From positions 12,698,275 to 12,762,274 of the forward strand of contig NC_134032.1 of the NCBI RefSeq assembly GCF_964204645.1: DNA of 64,000 nt. The letters run 5' to 3'. The DNA is from Tubulanus polymorphus (taxonomy: Eukaryota > Animalia > Nemertea). Positions 13,063 through 25,846 of the stretch are shown here, in pieces; position 1 is the stretch's first letter; the number at the start of each line of letters is the position of its first letter. A model generated the notes under the pieces. That model was not told the origin of the DNA. It did no database searches and was given only the letters and a program-made list of their open reading frames with translations. The translations under genes were made by a program, and so were the position numbers.

Positions 13063-16000
13063 ACCTAGAAGCCTACACAAATATTGAGTACGAATTATTT
13101 CACTTTCCCACACATCCCCCTTCATACGTCACGTGCTCATGCAATTTTAAAAACGATCGCACATTTTCATACAAAGAGCTATATTAGAGGAGGGGGGGGG
13201 GGGTATTTTGATTTTACAGGTGAACAGTATCACTTCAGAGATACACCGCGCACGTGTAGCTTACACCGCACCTGACAATGTTTCAGAGATAGCAGATAAT
13301 ATTCTACATCGCGCCGAGTTCTAAATTCATCGAGAAAGTTTTTATTCTACAATCAAGTTTCTACACATCTCGCATACCAGAGGGGTTCCTATCCCTCGAC
13401 TGACACAGGTTTGTTCTATCGGTTTTCGAGTGGCGAATCGGAACGTAGCCAATTCCAGGTACGTAGTATACTTGACGAGTATTAGTGTCTAAATTTGTGA
13501 GTATACTTTGTGGATAACTGGTTCTGCTGCAACAGATATGGCCGAAGTGTACATATGAATGGCCAAAATATTTTTCTAGGACGTACTCGTCGTTTCCAAG
13601 GAAAGAACAACACCTAAAATCGAGTTTGATAAATGTGTCAAGTACCATGCTTGAAAGCGGGTGCATTTGCCAATAAAACACAGTTGGGGTACTTAGAATT
13701 GGGTCCGTTTTGATAAACCCGCCTCACATTCACCATAGATATATGTTCGCTGCTTGCCTCTCAATTGCCAGGTTCTTATTCTCGATGACTTTCACGTTTC
13801 ACGATTCTTTGGACAATATCGACATGTATATTTCGATACTAATTACTGATACGTTTTCGATACATTTTCTACGGAGTTTGACGAGGATTTATAGTGAGGG
13901 ACCCCGGGTGAGGGTCACATGTGTTAAACCGCAGCAAGGTTTTAGTAGACACACCACCACAGTGAGCGGTTAGTTACATGGGCCCCCATGAGTTTAAATA
14001 AACCAATTAATACACGGTGTGTCTCTGTTATATTATATAGATTCAGATATTCGTCGCTTTCATCAAATATTAACTCGTTGATGCAAGTTCCACTCAATAG
14101 ATCTGAATAGATCTAAGGGATATCTATATTTCCGATATAACAGGACTCGATTAGGGGTCAGTTTCATAACAAAGCAAATTCGAAATTATGATTAGTTACC
14201 AATGACAACTCGTCAATTGTGAATCAATATCCTGATTGGTTTTGTGGAACTGAATAAAGTGAAAAACTGGTAGGTCTAGAAAACGAGCAACCTTTCAAGT
14301 TTAAACTGGTCAAAGTTAGGAATTGCCAATGAAACCAATTATTGGGTTATATGAAATCAAAAACGGTGCATCAGCCACTGAGGCTAAGGACAGGCAGGCC
14401 CTGGAAAATTCAACTTCCCTTTGGATGTCATCGTCAGAACAAGTTAATTGGGGATCATTTTCGAAATCTAACGGCTATTTTCGGCATCTTCTCCACCGCG
14501 ACGTTACCATGGTAATTGGCTCACCCTGGAGTGGATTTTTGTCAATGTTGTTATATAAATCAGGTCTTACGGCAGGGATCATTCCATTTAGTACTATATC
14601 AACTATTTCTGGTATATTGATTTACATGGAGGATGCTGTCAGATGATGCTCCGTATCTTCCATCTGCTGTAGCAGTAGCTGAGATGCAGCATCCGTCAAT
14701 CCATCATATTACTCACAGAAACTGCAGTTGGTTTCGCTGTGCTGTTGTTGGGGGGTGAAGGAAAATTTTGGGTGACTCACTTCGCAAGATAGACGATAAT
14801 AAAAACGGTTCACCAACTAATGCACAGTACCATCACAACCGCCATATTGAATTCCCACATTTAACCGCGATGAAAACAGTTTGCCAACAATCATCACCTT
14901 TCTACGATAGCTGACTTTATTTCATCACATTTATTTAGTTCAACTCTTGAATTAATTTAAGTCTGTTCGATGTCTTCATCAATTCGGTTCATCTTTTTGG
15001 TTAATCTTTTTTTTTACCATAGACGCCATCCCTATACGTACACATACGGACTGGATGTCAATATTGTATCAATGCTGATAATTGTTTTGAAATATATCGA
15101 GCTTATGTGAAAAATAGAAGATTTCACAAGAATTTAGCTCAAATTTTGGGCGTCGAAAGCCTTGTTACTTCAGCAGCCACGATGTCATACACTTAACAAT
15201 GAATGCAGCCCCTTTCCAAAATTCCAGCATAATTTCGGCATATGGAGAACACTGACGTAACATGTTTACTTCGGCCACCGGCTCACTCTAGCTGCCTTCA
15301 TACCCCTATACCCTGTACCGATGTGTACCGTATTGAATCAGTAACATCAGAGACTGCTGAATAAATATAGACTTTGATCGGGAGAGTTTATTTGCCCCAC
15401 ATGTGTGGATTAATCGACGAAAAAGTCGCCACATAAACCATGTGAATATAGCTGCCGGAATGGGTCCAGTTTCAATCAGTGTCCATTTCAATCGTTGAAG
15501 TTATTGATCGAGGATGTGAAGGTCGTCATTAGTAACTATTCATAATTTTACTGAATTTCTCTTTAAAGTGATCGAAAATGAGAAGATCGTCGTTTGCAAT
15601 GAAATGCCAGGTCGTCATTTTGATTCGTGTCACAGTAGGATTTGGGAAGTTTACAACTGGGAGACGGAGACAAGAATTTAGGGAACTAGAAAGATTTAAA
15701 TCGGTTAACTGAATGACGGAAACGTGAACTTGAACTTGGAAACGGTAAAAATATTTCTTTGACCGAAGAGTTTACTCTATGACACATTTTATTGCGGTTT
15801 TCGAAATGAGTTACTGGCGGTTACTAATAGAAATACCGCGGCTATAAACCGTAGACTCCATCCATACCGCTCTGAACCAGCCAAGAATATTTATTAAGCG
15901 CGTGGCTTGTTTAAATGATTCCGATGATGTTGGTGCGGCTGGAATTTTTAAAACCGGAGGCTCTCGGAGAAAATACCGGAGAAACCGTTTTAAAGATGAT

Positions 16001-16271
16001 AGAGCAGATATAGCCGGGTATCTATGTTATATAGATGTGTTCTAAAACATCGTATGAATCATGATCTGGAGTTCTTCTTCTAACGTATCAGCAATAACCG
16101 TACATATCAAAAGTATGAGGTATTTTAAAATTATTTTTGTGGCGATATCATTCAGTTACCAACGATATACTGGCCCCATTCCGCAACGTGGACCCCAACT
16201 CCCAGACAATCGTTACATATATACTTTATCCCAATTTTTTCCAATATTGAGTTGGCGTCATCATGTGTTTA

Positions 16272-16610
16272 GGACTTCACATGTGATATTTTGAATTGCA
16301 AATGAACTACAAACACCAGGCATTAGATATTCTATCAGCGCACTCTCAAAAAGTGATCGTACACTTTAATCTGAGAATTCCTAATTGAAAACGAACTACA
16401 AACACCAGGCATTAGATATTCTATCAGCATACTTTCAAAAAGTGGTCCTCCACACTTAAGATGTTTTTCAGGACTTCGCCTAAGAACTTCTAATCGAAAA
16501 TGAACTGCAAAAACCGGAAATTAGATATTTTATCAGCCACTTTCAAAAACTTTCACAACTGAACCAACAAATGAACTCAAAACACCAGAAGATACCAGGA
16601 CACTTTCAAA
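16272..16610 (+). repeat. Dispersed ~90-bp tandem repeat family B
   Basis: TGAACTACAAACACCAGGCATTAGATATTCTATCAGCACTTTCAAAA repeated 3-4 times; also at 36459(-), 39968(-), 50497 and 63361(-). Confidence 0.85.
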
Positions 16611-17654
16611 AGGCAACCAAACTTCACTCGAGGCAAGTGTGTTTTCTAGACCTGTGCAAATTCAGTGTGTCCTGTTAATCGCATTAATTCCTCTGATGTG
16701 TCTCCTAACTATATCTGTAAACATGTGTCTAGTGTTGACTTTGATTAATGTACGCCCGCTTTACTGGATATTAAACATTTAAAACGGTGACCTGCGCAAC
16801 CTTCCAGTACTGGATACATATTCAAACATTCAGATCACAGATTCCAGTATATACGTCGTCCATATCATAACGAATACGTAATGAATAGAATGACGTAAAG
16901 TTCTTTTTTTGACGCCGTAAAAACCGTTACAATAATGTTTATATATACATTGATACATAATATGCGTTATTTAAGGGGTTCTGTGTTCGAGTTGATGTAC
17001 ACTACGTCATCAATATTGGCGTTTCATATAACAACTATAATATATACGATTATTAACTTTCTGGCGTTTATTTTGTAATCAAAAATATTTCATAACTCAT
17101 AATTTTCTTTCTAAATCTTAATAGTTTATTCTTAAGACGATGTGCGATACGCCCCAACTTTTAAGGGTGAACTCGATTTTTAGAATTATGCCAAAAAGAA
17201 CCACTCGGAACGATGAGGATTAAAGCATGTGCATACATCTCTTTTCTTGTATGTTTCAGCTTATCTAACCCATCTCTAGCTATCATTTTATACATGTATA
17301 TTTGTATACCATTTATCCTTATCTCTTTATACAAACAATTATAAAAAAGTATACAGCATTTTCAAAAAATATTGTTATCTTGGGTAATGTATAAAGATAA
17401 TGGACGAGTTGATTCCTATGGCGATTTGGTGCTTGTGTTCCAGTATAGTGTGTGCTACTTTCTCCCGTCATCAACCGGGAGACTCTTCCGATCTCTTCCT
17501 ACACAACAGTTACAAATATTTAATCTATCATAACACAGACGTTTGATTGATATCTGAATGTCTGCATGAAACATCGTCTGCTAGAAATCGTCTGCTAATT
17601 CGGTCTTGAATTCCATCGACATCTGAAAATCAAAAAAAAAGTTGTATGTCTTAC

Positions 17655-17761
17655 CTGCGAACAAGACGGGAGTAAGAGTTAATCCACAGTGTATAACCGC
17701 TGCTGCTGCTGCTGCTACTCGAGTTTGGGAGTAAACGACGCGAAAATGAAAAGCAGCGCAT
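17655..17761 (-). CDS. Candidate distal exon encoding a mitochondrial-type presequence for the arginine kinase
   Basis: Exon 17848-17655 has a strong acceptor (tgttttcag|) and donor (CAG|gtaaga). ATG at 17761 gives MRCFSFSRRLLPNSSSSSSSSGYTLWINSYSRLVR and ends in phase 2. This joins the kinase acceptor at 1352 in frame (RLHFLLIRNSLTTINAER-MEVG). Confidence 0.6.
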
Positions 17762-17949
17762 GCGCGTTGAAACGCCGCAATAATTCCAGATGCGTCAAGC
17801 GGCTTCGGCATCAGCAACTGCGACACACTCGCCCTCTATCGGAACTTCCTGAAAACATGAAAATACAGCTTCCTTTTCAAAGAAATTATTTTCATAAAAG
17901 CGTAAAAATTCATTGTACACTTTTAACGGAACTTAAAACAGAATCAACA

Positions 17950-18130
17950 TTCCAGATTCAGTCCTGCAGTTTAATTTGACTTCGGATTTAGGTCTGCAGT
18001 TCGTTTGGGTTTTAAATAACTTGACTCGGGATCCATTTCCACGGTTTTGTGGGCTAAATTCGATTTGATTCTGGATCCAGTTCCACAGTTGCGTGGGTTT
18101 AATTTGACTGGATCCAGTTCCACAGTTGTG
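17950..18130 (+). repeat. Repeat family D (GGATCCAGTTCCACAGTT)
   Basis: Short degenerate tandem copies; related copies at 19812-20000, 22258-22380, 37255-37360 and 52290-52535. Confidence 0.6.
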
Positions 18131-18661
18131 AGGGCTTTCAGGAATTTGACTTTGGATTGGAATTATTTGACTTTGAATCAACTGTTAGGTGAAAGCCATT
18201 TTGATTATCTATAAATTCTGTTCGCTCTATTTTGATTTAAATGACTCAATGGGCGGATAAAGAGTATAGCAACAAGAGGTTGAATCATAAATTCGCACGA
18301 AAATCAAAATTCCAACTCGCTGTGGGAGGTTAATTTACTAAAGCATTTTAAGCTAATGTTATACTTATTATTACGCAATTATGCGTTAGAACAATTTTCG
18401 ATCGTACAATTTCTATGGTGATTATTGTCAGGGGTACCGGAGCGATTCACGCGCAGTCGTTTCGAATTGAAAATAGCAAAAACAAGCAACCATAAAATTT
18501 GTCGAAGCGCGGATAATTCCCGACTCGAAACAATACTTTCACAGACGATCGTTCATCGTGACCAAATTCGTTTTTGAAAGGTTTACTAATCAAATCCGCG
18601 AATCGCGTTGAGGCGAGTTCTTTTCCGTCGGTGAGCGCCGACAAGCACGCGTAGGCCGGCT

Positions 18662-18701
18662 TATAAAACCCGAACTTCTCGCTGGACGTTCAAGCGCAGT
18701 T
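18662..18701 (+). promoter_or_regulatory. TATA-box core promoter
   Basis: TATAAAA at 18662-18668 with Inr-like TTCA/CAGTT about 30-36 nt downstream, in a CpG-rich stretch; leads to an exon ending ATG|gtaaga at 18921. Confidence 0.65.
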
Positions 18702-18918
18702 AGTATGGGATTCTCAATACACGGTTGACACACTCTCTCTCTCCCTCTCTGGTTCTAACCGGCAAGGCGTGTCTCGGAGTAAACCGCATTAGACTATATC
18801 AAAGACGGTGATTGCTGTGATTTTGTAACTAATTCAGTTACTGAAAGAACTCTCATTACCGACAAAACGTCTCAAGAATTCTGGTCTACTTACAGTCAAA
18901 ACTCGGAAAGCTTTCAAT

Positions 18919-20160
18919 ATGGTAAGACATCAAATTCTATTCTTGTTTCAAGGGAGAAAGATAGGAACATAGTGCTTTGTGAGCCTGCGTGACGAATTTG
19001 GTGCTTCTTTAATATAACGGACAAGCCATTTCTTGTACCTTTTCCGTGTTAAAAAGTACCTGAAGTGCATGAAGACTTGGTCGCCTATTGTATAGAACTC
19101 TGGTAATATATCTTGAATTTGCAAAAAGTAACATCCTGGAATGAAATGGAACTCGCCTGCATATATTCATATTGCACTTGTCGCATTTAACGTTCATCCC
19201 TTGGAATATTATGGAAACGACCGACCTCAATCATAAATTTGTGGTTTGAGCATTTGAATTTACACGTTAGTCGAATTCAATAGTATATGTAATTTATGTA
19301 AATTCTGCCCTGAAAACGCGTATCGTATTTGTAATTTTCCGAAGCCTATTAAACGGACGAACTTTGCTTTAGTTCACGAATTCGACAGATATTTGACGAA
19401 CTTATGAACTTTAATAATGAGAGTGGGCGATATAGTTTTATTTCACGGGTGACTCAGTTACCAATGAACAATTCCGAATTTCCTTTGTGCGCCTATTTAC
19501 GTCATATACGACTAATTTGTAAACAGATATGGCCCTATAGTTAATACAAATGTGATTTTTATCCTATATGAATGTCTTAGGGGCAGTTAGGTTAAACAAC
19601 GTCCAATCGAACTCTCGGTAAAAAACTTAGACGGAATCCATTCGGGAACTATTGCCGAAGGCTCGCTTATTTAATCAATATTTTTTCTATATTTTCAGAT
19701 GTCCATACCGTTCATTGTTTTCTTTGGAATTCTCGCTATTGGTAAGAAAATAGTTGATTCATTCTCCAAAGTGTTGGGTTTGACATTAGATCTTCCTCCA
19801 GAACCTCCGGAATCAGTTCCACAGTTAGGGTGGAGTGTAGGGCTGCAGTACTGCAGTTGGGGGTAGATTGTGGGGCTGGACCCAGTGCTGCAGTCGTGTG
19901 TTGGGTTCAATTTGTTTATGGACCCGTTTGTACAGATGCATGGGTTTAATTTGATTATGGACTCAGTTCCACAGTTGTTTAGTACACTGGGCCCATTCCC
20001 ACTTTCTGAATTCTTTAAGACTTGACTTGACAAACTCAATCTACTGCACTGAATTTATACAATATTTGAAATGAGACGACGATCATTTTCAGGATTTACT
20101 GTCGTTGCGTTGATGAATAATTGCGAAAAGAAGCGGATGAAAAAATATGAAAAGTCGTGA
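18919..20160 (+). CDS. Candidate 37-aa single-pass membrane micropeptide (3 exons)
   Basis: Exons 18919-18921 (ATG|gtaaga), 19699-19741 (attttcag|...G|gtaaga) and 20093-20160 (cattttcag|...TGA) give MMSIPFIVFFGILAIGFTVVALMNNCEKKRMKKYEKS. TATA box upstream; AATAAA at about 20280-20289. Confidence 0.7.
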
Positions 20161-20420
20161 TAGAAATCGTGATAATGGCGAGAAAGCGAATCGAAGGCGA
20201 TCGTGAATCTGTTAGAATGAAGAGGCGGCGCATGAGTGCGAAAATGAATGTTCATTGTCAATTTTATTATATTAATATAAATAAATAAACTCTTTTTATT
20301 CGTTATACGAATTGATGACAATTTTTCTTCATTTTCTCTCGAGGTTCGTCTATATAGATCTTCTCCTCAGGAACATCATTAACTTGAATTGAAATTCTGA
20401 ACTCAGTTCCACAGTTCTAA

Positions 20421-20528
20421 AGCCGGGCGTAGGTCGGCCTTGCGACGCGACGCGATCGTCGCTGGCAGTCGCAGTGAGTCGCGTCGCAGTGAGTCGCAAG
20501 CCGTCGCAAGGCCGACCTACGCCCGCCT
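20421..20528. mobile_element. PIF/Harbinger (Tourist)-like MITE
   Basis: About 27-bp TIRs AGCCGGGCGTAGGTCGGCCTTGCGACG / CGTCGCAAGGCCGACCTACGCCCGCCT flanked by TAA and TTA. Confidence 0.75.
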
Positions 20529-20964
20529 TTAGTTAAGATCTATCAAACTCTAATACAGCTGTGTAAGTGGATCCCGTATCATATGGTAGGAAATCTACGA
20601 AAATGCTAAATTTTGGGCGGTTAGAATACAGAAAGAAATCCAACAAGAAATCGAATTTCTATGACTGAATCCTATTTTAAGGTTTTCAACACAACCGCAG
20701 CACAGATTCGTATGGCACGCATTGCACAGTCGTTCCACACCCCCGAGACGTCTAGAGTTGGTCTTTTTGTCATTTAAGTGCTCGTGGGAACCTGGAAGCG
20801 CAGGGTAAAACCGGCAGCCATTCTGTTATAAAGATCTGGGAAAATTTGAATAGCAGACGCTTTTTCAGAAACTACGTATGCATGAGGTTAAAGTAGCGGA
20901 CGCTTTTTAGAAAAATGGAATCGGGTATCAGAAAACGCGGAAGATAATTTTCCGCAAGTGTGGA

Positions 20965-23225
20965 TCAAGGTAAAAATGGCGGACAATCGTAATTAAACAT
21001 TTCAAAATCCCATTTGTATTCGTCATAAACGCGTTGAATGATATCACCGGGAATGTCGCGATAGAATTCGTCAATCATCGCCGGATTGGTTTTGCGTTTT
21101 CGCTGTCTACGCGACTGTTCAAACACCTCCGTCACATTACTGATACCCGCCTTACGAATCACGTAGTTCAAATCGGTCGCCAGCGTTTCGAATCTACCGA
21201 TAAAATCGTACTTAAACTCGCACGGTTCACAAAGTTCGTGGTACTGGGACCAATGATCGTTGAAACAGTTGATGAAATCGTCCCTGGTATCTTCTCGGTC
21301 GTTGCGCGGAGCCAAATATCGCAAAAACTCTCCGAACGTCGCTGATCCCTTTTCGATTTCGTCGTCGCTGGCAGACGATCGGAACGATTTGACGATCTTT
21401 CGGCCGTAGACGCGTCGATAGTAAAAATCGTCGGTTCGGTTGAGAAATTTATCCCGGTAACACGAAAGCAGGCGAGAGAACGGGTCCCGTACGAATATAA
21501 AGCGGTAGTACTTTTTATATTTCTGTTCGAATAAAAGTGCGTCTGGCTCGTCGTCTGAATATTTGTTCCACTGGTCTTTCCGTAAACCGTGGTTGACGAT
21601 GCTGCCTAAAAACAAATACAAATAAACACATTATAAACACGTGAAATAGATATAGCAAAAACATTAAAATTTCTTAAAATTTTGATTGTGTCCTTTTAGA
21701 GAATCTAACTATGGTGTCAGATCAGTCATCCATCTTTACAGAAAGATCTATTTTTAGAATTCTTGCCGGAGGCAGCAAAGAATCCTTACCACCAGAAGGT
21801 TAAGAACATTCAACCAGTAAGGATTTTGTACCGATATCACGAAGGCAGCCATTGCTTCTAGACGCCGGATATGTTATATCTAAAACTTTTTTTTAGAACT
21901 AAAACGCCATTGGGGGATCTATGTGGTGGACAGCTATTGCGGGTCTACTATGCGATAGGTCGGGTTCACTTACCTATATAAGAACAGGCGGATTTCGGTA
22001 CAAAACAAAACATCACTTTCCTAGCATCGTTCACTAGCACGTGTCGAGTTCGAACGAAGTGGTTACTTTTCGGAGGTCTGTGACCCTGTTGTTTACATAG
22101 GGCTCGTAAACGACTCTGTCGCCGCTTCTGTTCGCGTTCAATAATCTCATCGGGAACCTGGAGAAGTAATATCGAAGAATATTACTCACTAAATCTGTTA
22201 TTACAGCGGAGTCGAAATCCATTTCTTCAGTTACGCGGTATTAATCTATATGTTTCTGGACCCATTTCCACAGTTGGTGTGTGGGTTTCTGCATCCAATT
22301 CCACAAGAGTGTATGGGTGATCTGAGTCTGAATTCAGTTCCACCAGTGTGTGGGTTTGATTCCCGGGGTTTGATTTGACCGTAGTTACCTTATCGTTGGG
22401 TGTGGTTGGATATTGCCATTGCTGTTCGCATTTCCTTCTTTTTTCTACGTTCCTGAAAATAACCTAACCGCGTAAGATGAAATTGTAAATAGTTATCATT
22501 TTTACTATGTTTTAACGTTACACTTACCAAGCCTTTTGACTGGATGAAAATCGTAGCTGTTGCGACGCATCTTTCATCACTGAATTGAATCTGAAAATAA
22601 GTAAATGACACCTCATAATGGTATCTCGATAGTACTACAGTAACAGTAATTTTAGGAAATTCCAGTTGTGGCAATGGGGATCCAGCATGCTAGTGTGCAG
22701 TAGGACATCAACTACCGTGGTAATTCAAGATAATTCCTTTTGTGGCAATTGAGGATCCACCAGGTGTGCCAGTGTGCGGTAGTACATCAACTACTGCAAC
22801 AATAGAGATTCCACCAGTGGCAAGTGAGGATCCACCAGGTGCGCTAGTGTGCAGTAGTACATCAACTATTGTGGTTAAGGAGGATTCCACTTGTGGCAAG
22901 TGAGTGCGCAGTAGCGCTTTAAGTCAAGTGATTTCGATAAAAAATTCGATAAAAAGTGATTTCGATTTTCTCCCCGAGGTGATAATTGATTCATTTTCAC
23001 CTAAAATTCACCGCTGGCTTGTAAAAACAGACCCTATACACCAGACCCCAGTATCTTATCTTACCTGGTTTTGTCACCATTCTTGTCTCCGAGATCTCTG
23101 ACAACCGCGTCGTGTGGCCTCCTCGGTGTCGTGTATTGAACTAGTGAAATAAACAACTGACACGTGACGAATCCGCTGATGAAATAAACAGCATATTTAG
23201 CCGTTATCCGTCTCCAAAAATACAT
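20965..23225 (-). CDS. Carbohydrate sulfotransferase (HNK-1ST/CHST8-14, Sulfotransfer_2 family), type II membrane protein
   Basis: Phase-consistent exons 23225-23065, 22590-22528, 22452-22389, 22157-21974 and 21605-20965. N-terminal anchor (YAVYFISGFVTCQLFISLV), 5'-PSB CFVPKSACS, 3'-PB FVRDPFSRLLSCYRDKF, plus NDHW, CEPC, YDFIGRFETL and DFEMFNY motifs. Confidence 0.92.
22655..22903 (+). repeat. Minisatellite family A, about 3.5 units (sulfotransferase intron 1)
   Basis: Same ~70-bp unit as at 102 and 12880. Confidence 0.85.
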
Positions 23226-25846
23226 TTAACCCGTATTTCACTGTCTACTGTCTCTCTCGAGTTCCACTTTCTTGTTCACGGTAGAGTTCCACTCGTTTGT
23301 CCTATACTTCTCAAGGTGTCAAAACCTTTATCAAATTTTGAATCCTTGTCCACTTGCCAGAGCTTCCACTAATACCACACAGTTCCCACGCGTCTTTTTC
23401 TAGATTAAGACCCCGATTCTCGTACACTTTTTCCGATTAGTTGTCCATATTCCTGAACTGTCATCTGCGTGAATCAGTTGCCAGCAGCACCTCAATGTGT
23501 CCAGTTTTTCAGAGTAAATTGATGGCCACAGTAGCAGGTGCCTGACCCGTCGGGGTACTGCGGAATCACCAACTGTATTATAATAGCCAACAATCGATGC
23601 AGGAAATATGCGTAAATGAAATCAAGCTAGCACATGTTAGCATTGATTTTGTAAGAGGATATTTTAGCCAACTGACGAGGTTTACAAATCGTTTTATACG
23701 CGTAATTCACATCGCGTTTACACATCTAAAAGAAATCACTCAGGAAATGAAAATCAAATCAACATTCAAATTCATTCATCCCTTTTCATAAATCTGGCTG
23801 GAATTGAAACTTGATTCGACCTACAATATAATTTAGTTGCCAAAACGACGACGGACATTTTTCGCTAACTCAAACATGTTTAGAGATTTTTTGGACTGAC
23901 GTCATATTGGCCGTCAAAAGAAATTTGTTATAGATGTCAGTTAGCGCGTCTGGTATAAACATGGTTTTAGTTTTGACCCAACTACAGTTACGTATTTTTT
24001 CATGACTTCAGCAAAGCCCGAACCAGCAAAACGTCATAATGGCATCAAAGGCATCGATCAGTAAAATATTGGATCCTCATTCTAAAATTCTAGGACGCCG
24101 TGCTGGGCATATTGTTTGTAAACTAGTTTCATACTGATTATCAATATCTAATCACCTGAAACTGGGAGCAAAAGTTCGCAAAATCGATTTTGAAATACCA
24201 ATTTCTCACGGCGCCAACGAAACGAGGTTGCAGCAAAGAACAACAGGGACAAAAGTGATAATTTCACAGACACATTTCATGAGGCGCAATTATCTATGTC
24301 GCTTTTAGGATTTTTTGCGAGTCAATTTTCCGATCGAATATTGAAATCAATTTCTTTTTGTTCGATACGTACTTAAAAATTCCTTTGTCCAAGCCGAGAA
24401 AGAGAGAAGGATAGAGTATTATCTCAAGCATGAGCTTATTTATAAAGTCGAAACCATTCCTATACAGACCGGCCTTTGCTCGTAATCAATTGAGAACGGT
24501 ATCCGGGTGGGTAGCTATGAACCAAAGCTGTTCGAAAATTCAAACCTTGACTTCTCAATCACCTGATCTCTGGAACATGTTCAAAACTAAGATACCACGA
24601 CCGTCGCTAAAAAATTTGAAACAAATCTGATAACAATGCAGTAGACAAAACGTTGCGGAATAACGATCACGTGGAAACGGGCTGTTTTCACGTGACCGAC
24701 GCCATATTGACGGCCAATAAATTCATGACAGACCCCCGAAATTTGTCAATGACCATATTATCTGCTGTAATATATGACACATCTGTGTGTGCATTATTCC
24801 ATATTTTTGAAAGTATTTGGTAATCGAGAGGCTCTAAGTGTAGCATTGATCATCTAATTTGGGGGAACTCTAGACGTCTACTGCGATTGATTCTTTGTTT
24901 CCAGTAGGTCAACCCGCCAGGTGGTGGTGTTGGCCAAGACCAGAAGTCTTTCCCATCTGACTGGGCAAACGATCTATGACATCACTCGCACGACGTCTTA
25001 ACCAAGCGAGTCCATTAAAAATGTTTTATACATAAATTCATATATATGTGCCCGTTCGCTGAAATGTGTGTATCAAATAATTTAAGAAAATATTTCTTAG
25101 ATTATTCATTCTAAAAGCCTGCAAGGCGCATTAGTCCACGCTATCAGAAAATTGAAAAATGTAGTTTTCGCGTTTATGCAGACACGCATTTCGTTCTGAA
25201 TAATATTTTCTCGGATGAAAGAAAAAATGTCGGAAATTCGTCGTATAAAAATTTCCGTTAATTTGAAAATAACGTCTGCCTATTGGTCGTCGGTGATTGG
25301 TTAAAATGTCCGCAACATTTTCGACTATTATGCGCGAGTTCTGATTTGTCAATCAATCACATGATTTTATACAAATAACACAGTGTTAATCTAACAGAGG
25401 TTCCTGGTGCGGAGCGACAGGTGCATTTATGTTCTCTATATTTTCTACTCGCCAATGCAATATTTCACAGTATATTCACGTCTGGCCTCGTCGTTTCGGG
25501 TAGCGGAATATTGTTACTCTGCAACTAACTTCGCATTTTACAACTTTGCAACTGTTGATTTATTAGTCATTCTAGTGATCACTCACCGGTGGAACAAGCC
25601 AGCAGTCCAGTATTCGTTACTGTCATCAACGCAATCTTTCAGCTGGGCAAAAAATACTTCGTTCCAACAAACTGTAGTTCAGATTTTGCCATAATTCTTC
25701 TTCGTCGACACCGCTTCGAAACATCTCCCAATAAAGTTCCATGAGTGTCAAAATATAGACGTTGGAATAAAGCATCGTAAAATTTGAATCTACATCTGCT
25801 CTGCGTTCGTTTCTACACTAGTCGGTTATAGCCGTTATTTTCAAAT

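Noticed and set aside
14631-14694. Imperfect hairpin containing ATGA...GA (SECIS or pre-miRNA)
   Set aside because: No apical AA motif, poor helix II, no selenoprotein ORF upstream
17581-17826. 81-aa ORF-track frame with poly-Ala
   Set aside because: After splicing to 1352 this frame stops within about 10 codons; treated as an overlapping uORF rather than a gene
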